Shown one piece after another: positions 53,987 through 64,000 of a stretch of 64,000 nt of DNA. Numbering within the stretch: position 1 is the stretch's first letter; each line of letters opens with the position of its first letter. This DNA is from Eledone cirrhosa (Eukaryota). The notes under the pieces were generated by a model. It saw only the letters and a program-made list of their open reading frames with translations, did not search any database and was not told where the DNA came from. The stretch lies in contig OZ024740.1 in the NCBI GenBank assembly GCA_964016885.1, positions 14,012,001 through 14,076,000 on the forward strand. Direction: 5' to 3'. The position numbers were made by a program, and so were the translations under genes.

Positions 53987-54064
<78 letters not shown>

Positions 54065-54065
<1 letters not shown>

Positions 54066-54267
54066 GTTTTAATATAGATGAGATTCTACAGGACTAGAAC
54101 TGTTTCATTCATTAGAAATCATCAGGAATCTCAGGGATTCCTGATGATTTCTAATGAATGAAACAGTTCTAGTCCTGTAGAATCTCATCTATATTAAAAC
54201 TGTTATACTCTGCTATGTATTGAGTACCTTACTTACTGTGGTTACCTCCGATTCAACCCGGAATAAC

Positions 54268-54270
<3 letters not shown>
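54065..54270 (+). mobile_element. Fold-back pLTR fragment with an HHR-like motif in both arms
   Basis: Palindrome at 54065-54201 centred on 54131-54135, with CTGATGA(54141)-tttc taat gaat-GAAA(54160). Confidence 0.75.
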
Positions 54271-54347
<77 letters not shown>

Positions 54348-54654
54348 CACTATATTTTTCTAGTTTATGAGTTTTTCTTTATCCTTGTTCTTTCTGTTTT
54401 TGCCTTAAAACTTGTATTTCTTATAAATAAGAGGTAAAGGTATGGGCAGTACATTGCTTTAGCAAGGTGTTTACAGTTAGAGGCAGTGTGAGGTTTGAGT
54501 TTTTTAGGCTGTGGAATGATACAAGTTGAGATATCTTCACTCACATCTATGTATATCAATCCATTAAAATAGTTCAAAATAAGACGTTGTTACCAGGAAT
54601 AAGAGGAGAAATTAATAGTTGTATGTAAAAGGTAAACAGAAATAATAACACAGA

Positions 54655-54755
54655 TGGTACAGTATATAGAAGGAATATTTTAGTTTAACGCTTGAAATAG
54701 CAGGAAGATGGTTTTAACGTTTCGGACGCTAGTCCTTCATCAGAAGAAAAAATGA
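54655..54755 (-). ncRNA. Minimal hammerhead motif (54712-54748) in a short repeat; decayed paralog at 53297-53395
   Basis: Minus strand: CTGATGA-a-ggac tagc gtcc-GAAA-cg-TT/TA. Stem I is weak. Confidence 0.55.
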
Positions 54756-55406
54756 GGTTGTATGGAGATGAGGCAAGCATAGAATCTATTGATGTTCACG
54801 TCAACTTATATGAAAATAAAGAAAGAGAATTCAGGTGGGAATTGAAAGCGGGCCTTTACTTTGGAGTTGTATTTATTTCCGTTTGAAATCGATTACGGTG
54901 AAATGACCATTCCGGTACGTTTGAGACATTAGCCCTTGGAGGAGATAACCGCTGTCAACCTCTCGTGACCGCTGTTGACCGCTGGCTTCTGTAATGTAAC
55001 CAATTGTGACCTCTAACATAGGTTAGTAGACTGTGCAATCTTTGACATGGTTCACATACCAACCACAATCTATGGAAGATTAAGGAAAGTCAAATGATAA
55101 ACGCAAACGTCAGCTTATATAAGTATATGGATGGTTATATACATGTGTATCATTGTATATTAATACACAGACAATATATGTCTTTGAGTATGTGTGTGTG
55201 TGTGTGTGTTTACATATATATAAAACCAGTGGATATGTGCACGTATATATATATGCACATATAAATGTGCACATCCAAACGCACTCACACACTCACACAC
55301 TCACACACGTATTTATATATAATATATATATGCGCATATATATATTCTATAATAATACATATATATGTCTATATCTATATCTATCTAATCTATAATATAT
55401 ATATAC

Positions 55407-55494
<88 letters not shown>

Positions 55495-55965
55495 CGTTTC
55501 TGAATTTGTTTAGCAAGATTCTTTATCTGAAATCGTGTGTTGAAACCGATATTGTTATACTTTGGGAGGGTCATGTTGCCAATAAGAAACACACGCACCA
55601 GTTGCTTTCACTTCAATTTATTATATATTTATAAATTTATAAATTTACAAATCTACAAACTTATACATTTCTGGTTGGTTGGTTGGTTCCACAACCAGAT
55701 AGTTGTTTATATATAGTCATAGTCCTTTCGTCACACACTCTGTGACCTCTTCAGTGACTGGGGATTCCTTTCTTTGTTTCTGTGCCTTTCCTTTCTTCTG
55801 TCCTACGCCATTTTGTTTCTGTGTGTGTGTGTTGTGCGCTCAGTTTGCGCATGCGCCACATCCGGGTGTCTGTGTGTGTTTGTGTTCATTTATCTATTTG
55901 TTTATTTATTTATTTATTGTTGGTTGGTTGTTTGTTCTATGTGTGTGTGTGTTTTCATTTTGTCC

Positions 55966-57330
55966 TTAATTGTAAGTTGTGATGTTGCTGTTCCACTCAT
56001 ATTTTCTATTTAATTTTGGTTGTAATTCTTTTATGCTTACTGCCTCTGTAATTTGCCTAAACATTGCATCCTTTCTGTGTGTGGATGCTATTTTTATTTC
56101 TATGTTCTCTAATTTACCCCTGTGCTCTATCTTAGCATGTTGGTAGAGCACAGATGATTCTTTATTATCTTGAAGGTCTCGCCAGTGTTCATTTATTCGT
56201 TCCCCTATGCTACGAGCTGTCTCACCTATGTACACTATATTTTTGTTTCTACATTATCCTTCAGTACATCTTATGCTATACACTACATTTCTAGTTTTAC
56301 AGTTAATATGGGGGCTTATTTTACAGGTTATACATTTCTTATCTATACATGAGGGTCTTTGGAACGGGTATGTCTTGCTAATAAGTGTTTTTACAGAGGT
56401 ACCTGGTCTTTCTACTATCTTAATATTGAGTTTATGTTTATTTAGGGCCCTTCTAAATTTGTAGGCTAGTTCGCCTCTAGGGGTTGTATTGATGAACATT
56501 ACACTCTGGTATTTATTGCTATCATACCATGAGTTTATTCTATTGGCCTTGTTCCTAGTTCTTTCTATTCTATTCCAAAATTTGCTCCTATACAAGGGGC
56601 AGGTCCCATTTATGTCATTATTTACCATTTTTTCCCATTTGGTTCTGGCTCCTCTATACACTCTGATTCTATCTCTCTGATTATAGCCAGAGAACTGCAT
56701 ACGGTGGATGAAGTGTTGTATGTGTCTCTCTAGTTCTTCGGGGTTGCACATGCGGGACACATTTCTCATCACCCGTACGAAATCCGCAATCAGTATGTTG
56801 ATTTTGGTATGGTTCGAAATGGCCGAGTTTCGGTGGATCAGATGTTTGGAAGTCATGGGTTTGGCATAATGGGAATGGAGGATTTGTTTTTGGTTGTTAA
56901 TGGTATCTAACCAGAGCTCTGTGTCTAGTACAGGTAATCGATGGTTGGGGTGTCTACTTGGGTAGTCTATAGTAACTCTAATGCTCTGGTGGATGGAGTT
57001 TGCTATTTGCTGGATGCTTTCCATTGTGTTTTTCTCTAGTTCCTGACTGTTCTTTAGTGGGGGTGTCTTAACTACGATGTTTATATCATCTACGTAGCGG
57101 GAGTACATTATCAGGGTTAAGCTGTCTTCTAATTGTTCTTTAAGTTTTTGTTTAAGTCTATTGTCCCACCATACCATGAATAAGTTAGCTATGTCGCCTG
57201 CAATGCTAACAGCAATGGCTGCTCCTTCCTCTTGGGCATATGTTTTACCATTAAATTTGAACATATGTTCCTTAAGGGTTAATTTTATGCTGGCCCCTAC
57301 CGCATGTGCAATCATTTTCTTCAGTTCATC
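55966..57330 (-). pseudogene. PLE RT C-half plus GIY-YIG, with an in-frame TAA at 56254
   Basis: GAAIAVSIAGDIANLFM, YSRYVDD, LPVLD, NVVYSIRC*..YIGETARSIGER. Confidence 0.93.
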
Positions 57331-57397
57331 GTATGTTAGCTCAACAGTATGGAGCAGTTAATACTATCAGAGAGATAGAATCAGAGCAGTTAATACT

Positions 57398-58113
57398 ATC
57401 AGAGAGATAGAATCAGAGTGTATAGAGGAGCCAGAACCAAATGGGAAAAAATGGTAAATAATGACATAAATGGGACCTGCCCCTTGTATAGGAGCAAATT
57501 TTGGAATAGAATAGAAAGAACTAGGAACAAGGCCAATAGAATAAACTCATGGTATGATAGCAATAAATACCAGAGTGTAATGTTCATCAATACAACCCCT
57601 AGAGGCGAACTAGCCTACAAATTTAGAAGGGCCCTAAATAAACATAAACTCAATATTAAGATAGTAGAAAGACCAGGTACCTCCTTAAAAACACTTATTA
57701 GCAAGACATACCCGTTCCAAAGACCCTCATATATAGATAAGAAATGTATAACCTGTAAAAGAAGCCCCCATATTAACTGTAAAACTAGAAATGTAGTGTA
57801 TAGCATAAGATGTACTGAAGGATAATGTAGAAACAAAAATATAGTGTACATAGGTGAGACAGCTCGTAGCATAGGGGAACGAATAAATGAACACTGGCGA
57901 GACCTTCAAGATAATAAAGAATCATCTGTGCTCTACCAACATGCTAAGATAGAGCACAGGGGTAAATTAGAGAACATAGAAATAAAAATAGCATCCACAC
58001 ACAGAAAGGATGCAATGTTTAGGCAAATTACAGAGGCAGTAAGCATAAAAGAATTACAACCAAAATTAAATAGAAAATATGAGTGGAACAGCAACATCAC
58101 AACTTACAATTAA
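57398..58113 (+). pseudogene. Inverted duplicate of the family B linker/GIY-YIG
   Basis: ORFs 57418-57825 and 57844-58113 mirror the minus-strand copy, including the same stop. Confidence 0.9.
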
Positions 58114-58319
58114 GGACAAAATGAAAACACACACACACATAGAACAAACAACCAACCAACAATAAATAAATAAATAAACAAATAGATAAATGAACACAAA
58201 CACACACAGACACCCGGATGTGGCGCATGCGCAAACTGAGCGCACAACACACACACACAGAAACAAAATGGCGTAGGACAGAAGAAAGGAAAGGCACAGA
58301 AACAAAGAAAGGAATCCCC

Positions 58320-58364
58320 AGTCACTGAAGAGGTCACAGAGTGTGTGACGAAAGGACTATGACT
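58320..58364 (+). ncRNA. Minimal type I hammerhead in family B pLTR (mirror copy at 55715-55759 on the minus strand)
   Basis: agtca-CTGAAGA(58325)-g-gtcaca gagtg tgtgac-GAAA(58350)-ggac-TA-tgact. Confidence 0.82.
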
Positions 58365-58535
58365 ATATATAAACAACTATCTGGTTGTGGAACCAACCAA
58401 CCAACCAGAAATGTATAAGTTTGTAGATTTGTAAATTTATAAATTTATAAATATATAATAAATTGAAGTGAAAGCAACTGGTGCGTGTGTTTCTTATTGG
58501 CAACATGACCCTCCCAAAGTATAACAATATATATA

Positions 58536-58584
<49 letters not shown>

Positions 58585-59416
58585 CACAGGAATCAAAGCT
58601 ATGTTCAAAGCATTTATTTGCTTACAATTGTTTCATCCAAACCGAGGCTTGATCTCTTCGGAGCATTTTTCAATGTTTGTACACATACATGACCTCCTTT
58701 CCAACGCAACAGACATACAGATACATATGTATATATTGATGTACAGTGGGGTGACATATATTATATTATTTCTGAATGGCAATTTAAATTCAAAAACAAA
58801 ATTATAGCAACAAGCTATAATAATTTAACTTAATACATCAAACATCCAATATGGAATCATCGTTAATTATGTGAAGGACATATAAACTATATATTACGTT
58901 TCCTGAATGTGAAAATGGTGGTGTATACAAAAACCATAACTTTATTTTGCTTCTCATTTATACTATTTTTCTGCACACAAGCTTCTTTCTCATATATAAA
59001 AAAATGCCTTACCACTACAACCTCCATAATACTCTTGATTACTCGCTTAAAGTGCTTGTATTACATGTAACACCCTGCCGAACAATAATCATATATAAAT
59101 AAGACACACGTGCATGCCCCACGTGTAACTAATGCATACAATAACTACTACAACTGACTAACAAACTATCCTCTTGTATTATCTACGTTAACTGCCGATT
59201 GTATTTTAATTTTGTATTTTAATTTTGCATTGATGTTGCATTTTAATTTTAATTGTGCTTTGATTCTGTTTTAATGTGATTTTGTTTTTGAATTTAAATT
59301 GCCATTCAGAAATAATATAATATATGTCACCCCACTGTACATCAATATATACATATGTATCCGTATGTCTCTTGCGTTGGAAAGGAGGTCATGTATGTGT
59401 ACAAACATAGAAAAAT

Positions 59417-59461
59417 GCTCCGAAGACTCCAAGCCTCGTTTTGGATGAAACAATTGTAAGC
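59417..59461 (+). ncRNA. Hammerhead-like motif with CCGAAGA core in the D pLTR (copies at 63674-63720 +, 58619-58665 -)
   Basis: gct-CCGAAGA(59420)-c-tccaa..ttgga-t-GAAA(59447)-caattg-TA-agc. Confidence 0.72.
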
Positions 59462-59712
59462 GAATAAATGCTTTGAACATAGCTTTGATTCCTGTGAATT
59501 CTATATAACTGCTCTGTAGAACAACTGATGTTATTACATTGAGCTATTTATGTTACTGGTAATAAGGTAGTAAAAAATTACTGACTTTCACTGTTTAGGG
59601 TTTAAAATATATATAACTATAAAAAGTTTTAGTATATACATAACCATAAATAGTGTCCTTAATAGTATTAACTGCTCCATACTGTTGAGCTAACATACAA
59701 TAAATTGCCAGT

Positions 59713-62146
59713 ATGCTGATCAAAGACCAACTCCCTATGTCAACCAAGAACATACCAATACCATCCAAGAATACATATGAGAAATTATTGATCAACAGTG
59801 TCAACTCCTTTATAAATAGAGTGAGATGGAGGACATTCCATTGTGATAGAAACAAATCTAACAAGGTTGATAATACTAACAAATTCGACTCCTTCGGCTT
59901 TAAAACTTTTAGAAACCCCCCTCACAACACACTACTAAACTCCTTTGAAAATGACCTAATAAAACTAGCATCGTAATAAAAACAACACCCTCTTAAACAA
60001 ACTTAACACCTCTATTAATGAATTCAAAATAAGTAATAAAATTATTGTACATGCGGACAAAACTAATAACATATACAGCCTAGATTATAATACATATAGA
60101 AAGTTTATATATAATGAACTACATAAAAGCTACATGAAAACTATGAAAAACTTGGAAGTAATTAATATAGAAGGCTGTAATATAGTGTCCAAACTAGGAC
60201 TTCAGAGACATACACAACCATATACCCCAAACTCCCCTAGATTCTCTCTGAAGGACCATAAGGAGGTCTTCATTAGCAACTCCTCGATTAGACTAATCTG
60301 CCCTTCCAAGTCTGACATTGGCATTATCAGTAAGAAAGTTTTAGATAAAATCATCCCACAGATTAAAGACAAGATATACCTTAAACAATGGGGAAATACG
60401 GATGAAGTTATTGAATGGTTCAAGGATATCAAGGAAAACAAAGATAAAAAATTTATTCAATTTGATATCAATTCATACTACACCTCTATTTCCCCTATCC
60501 TATTAAATAAGGCACTAATCATGGCCATGAACAATAGTGACCTGACTAGACCCCAGATTGATGTCATACTTGCGGCCCGTAAAATCGTAATCACCTTTGA
60601 AGACCAATTATGGACCCGCAAGGATACGCAAAACAACTTCGACATAACCATGGGATCTAGTGACTCGGCGCAGGTCACTGATTTGGTCGGCCTATATTTA
60701 CTAAACGAAATCCATAAGGACCTTCCATACCTCAACGGTGGTTCGTACCGCGATGATGCACTTCTACTTATAGACTATAAAAAATTCAATATAGAAAGAA
60801 CTAGAAAACTATTGCACAAGACTTTCAAAAACTATAACCTAAGTATCACCATAGACAAAAACACTAAAAACGTTAACTTCCTAGACGCCACCCTCTACCT
60901 AGACTCAAGGATATATACACCATTCCATAAACCTAACGAAAAACTGATTTACGTAGATACCATGTCTAACCACCCTAGATCAATATTAAACTCTATCTCT
61001 AAGGGAATATCCAATAGAATCTCTAATCTATCCTATGACGAAAACATATTTAGCAAAAACTCGCAATATTATAATCAAGCATTAGCTAGATCAGGCCACA
61101 ATAAGGAGATCGAATTCCTACCTACAAAAACACATAGCTACAACATTATTTCGCACAATATGGTCCATGAGGAAAAATAGTAATAAGAATAGCAACCACA
61201 CACACACTAATACGAAGGATGCCAACAAACGTAACCCACACCACAGAAGTCACCATAATACCATAAACGGAAGCATCTCACCAGACATAAAAAACAAAAA
61301 TAGAAGAAGAAATAATACATTTTTCAACTCTCCTTTCAATCTAAACGTCTCTACCACCCTACCTAAGGCTTTCTTCTCACTCCTGGACAAAAACTTCCCA
61401 TCTGGCCACAAGTACCATAGCCTTTTAAACAAAAACACAATTAAAATCTCCTACTCTACCACGCCTAACATAGCATACCACATAGCTAGTAGCAATAAAA
61501 GAAACATTAATTCTTACTTCCAACAAACTAAATCACAATAGGGGTAAACCTTCAAAATAACATTATATCAACTAACCCTGATAACAATAGTAATAATAGT
61601 AATAGCACTAATGTAAGCAATAACGCTGAGAGCGACAACCCCATAACCATAATGCAACAACCACCATCCAGACTTCTATACAACATAATAACCGGCAGGC
61701 TAACATCCAAAATAATTGTAACTGTAGATCTAATAGAACCTGCCCTTTAGATAAAAAATGCTTAATCTAGGATATCATATACTCATGCAACGTCACAACT
61801 AGCAACTCTTCTGAAACCTATATAGGCTCTACTTCAAACTGCTTCAAAACCAGATACAATTCGCACTTCCATTCTTTCAAAAAACACAGTCTAGCCAACT
61901 CCACTTCACTATCTAGCTACATACACTATCAAAAACCTAAAAATAGATCTTATACACTTAAATGGGAAGTGATAGGTAAGGCGACATCGTACAAACCACC
62001 TAATAAATTTTGTAACCTCTGTCTACTAGAGACCCATACTATTATCTTCTCAAACCATAACCTCCTTAATAAAAAATCGGAAGTGTTCTCGTCATGCCAG
62101 CACCGCTTCCGACACTCCTTCCAAAACTTTAAACCCAATATATAGC
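59713..62146 (+). pseudogene. PLE RT plus GIY-YIG polyprotein with several frameshifts and stops
   Basis: STKNIPIPS..FINRVRWR, FDINSYYTSI, MGSSDSAQVTDLVG, YRDD, VNFLD, SNHP and NSPFN..KISYS. My translation near 61715-61860 gives CNCR..CPL..IIYSC..YIGST..FKTRY. Confidence 0.92.
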
Positions 62147-63929
62147 AATGTCAGACTTGAACCCATCACCACTTCTAGCACTACACCTCAAGGGCACACC
62201 TTACACCACAACCCCACACTCACTGATCCACCCTATCTTAACACAATTCGTTCCATCTATCTATAAACTTTTACCCTATAAATATCCCCATGTACACCTA
62301 CTTTAAGTATAATTACTTTCAATTACTTAGACTGTATTATATTACTATATAATTATATGTAAACTTTAAACACCGAATTCATCAATGAATTATTTGTGCA
62401 AATGTAGCTGTATGTTTGGAGTGCTATCATTAGATAAATAGAGAATTAATTTATTAACATAAGAGAGCTGTATAACCTATATGTTGAGTACAGTGAATTA
62501 TGTACAAGTGGTACGTGAGTTATATATGCATGTATAACTTGATAGGTGGATTAATGACATTGTAAGTGAGAAATGTTTTTGGTCTACCCTAGAGATATTT
62601 AGCTTTGCCATGCAGTCAACCATACGCTGACCCAGAGCTTACCAGGGGTTATATAGACGTGGTTCTAATAAGGCCCCTGACAAGTTCTGTGAGTAGACTA
62701 CATTTACAAAGAACTTTGATATGAAGATCTGGCTCTTCGTATGGAATATTCAGTTGTAGCACTCTATGATAGGGAGTAATCATCCTAATATAGATACCTT
62801 TAGTTCTTCATGATAGAGTAGACTCTAATTAAAGATAGGATACTTAAAATTGGAAACTGTATATAACCGGCTATATAAGGGACTCAATTGAGACACCTTT
62901 TAATGTATGTTGGAATAATAAATTTAGTTATAGAAATCAGCTAGTTACCTCCCCTTACGCATTAACTCCCCTTAATCACACACATACTTCCGGATAATAA
63001 AACGATGTAAATTCTCGCAACAGAAACAACCTGCTCTATAAAATTGGATTAAAGAACACTGAGCCGCAACAAGCTATAATAATTTAACTTAATACATCAA
63101 ACATCCAATACGGAATCATCGTTAATTATGTGAAGGACATATAAACTATATATTACGTTTCCTGAATGTGAAAATGGTGGTGTATACAAAAACCATAACT
63201 TTATTTTGCTTCTCATTTATACTATTTTTCTGCACACGAGCTTCTTTCTCATATACAAAAAATACCTTACAACTACTACCTCCATAATACACTTGATTAC
63301 CCGCTTAAAGTGCTTGTATTACATGTAAAACCCTGCCGAACAATAATCATATATAAATAAGACACACGTGCATGCCCCACGTGTAACTAATGCATACAAT
63401 AACTACTACAACTGACTAACAAACTATCCTCTTGTATTATCTACGTTAACTGCCGATTGTATTTTAATTTTGTATTTTAATTTTGCATTGATGTTGCATT
63501 TTAATTTTAATTGTGCTTTGATTCTGTTTTAATGTGATTTTGTGTTTGAATTTAAATTGCCATTCAGAAATAATATAATATATGTCACCCCACTGTACAT
63601 CAATATATACATATGTATCTGTATGTCTGTTGCGTTGGAAAGGAGGTCATGTATGTGTACAAACATAGAAAAATGCTCCGAAGACTCCAAGCCTCGGTTT
63701 GGATGAAACAATTGTAAGCAAATAAATGCTTTGAACATAGCTTTGATTCCTGTGAATTCTATATAACTGCTCTGTAGAACAACTGATGTTATTACATTGA
63801 GCTATTTATGTTACTGGTAATAAGGTAATAAAAAATTACTGACTTTCACTGTTTAGGGTTTAAAATATATATAACTATAAAAAGTTTTAGTATATACATA
63901 ACCATAAATAGTATCCTTAATACTATATG

Positions 63930-64000
63930 TATAGTTTTGCGAGGTTTTTGATATGAAGAGAAGTATAAATAAATAAATAAATACACAAGCACAATAACAA
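63930..64000 (+). mobile_element. Start of another family A pLTR, preceded by a short inverted tail fragment
   Basis: AAGAGAAGTATAAATAAATAAA..CACAAGCACAATAACAA matches about 25293-25352. TAGTTTTGCGAGGTTTTTGATATGAA matches the tail at about 44760-44788. Confidence 0.7.

Larger units (their letters stand above)
55492..58530 (-). mobile_element. Penelope-like element family B (relative of A); large inverted structure with arms of about 1.13 kb
   Basis: Minus-strand RT-EN-pLTR at 55550-57330 and inverted EN-pLTR at about 57398-58530. Both ends are in (TA)n. Confidence 0.93.
58581..63922 (+). mobile_element. Near full-length Penelope-like element D: inverted pLTR fragment, pLTR, ORF, pLTR
   Basis: Direct repeats at 58807-59664 and 63066-63922. 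58581-58803 is an inverted copy of about 59280-59499. A full RT-GIY-YIG coding region lies between the repeats. Confidence 0.93.

Overview
Eukaryotic, microsatellite-rich, gene-free repeat region. The SINE fragments resemble cephalopod (octopus) SINEs, which is an inference from recalled consensus. Bases 1-21432 are a G-rich 19-bp satellite of exactly 1128 in-phase units with higher-order duplications. The rest is a nest of Penelope-like retroelements (PLEs; RT plus C-terminal GIY-YIG) from two lineages, mostly truncated with inverted or fold-back ends and inserted into (TA)n. It also holds small non-coding fold-back elements, one internally deleted Helitron, SINE remnants and a mariner-like MITE. 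The unifying hidden signal is the hammerhead ribozyme (HHR): I can fold by eye about 35 type I HHR motifs (some degenerate) on both strands. The most striking is a 469-bp tandem array (32308-39210) with 15 minus-strand HHR copies that ends in an inverted partial copy. This is a candidate retrozyme-like, circular-RNA-producing element mobilised by PLE machinery. All folds were read manually and none is experimentally or computationally verified.
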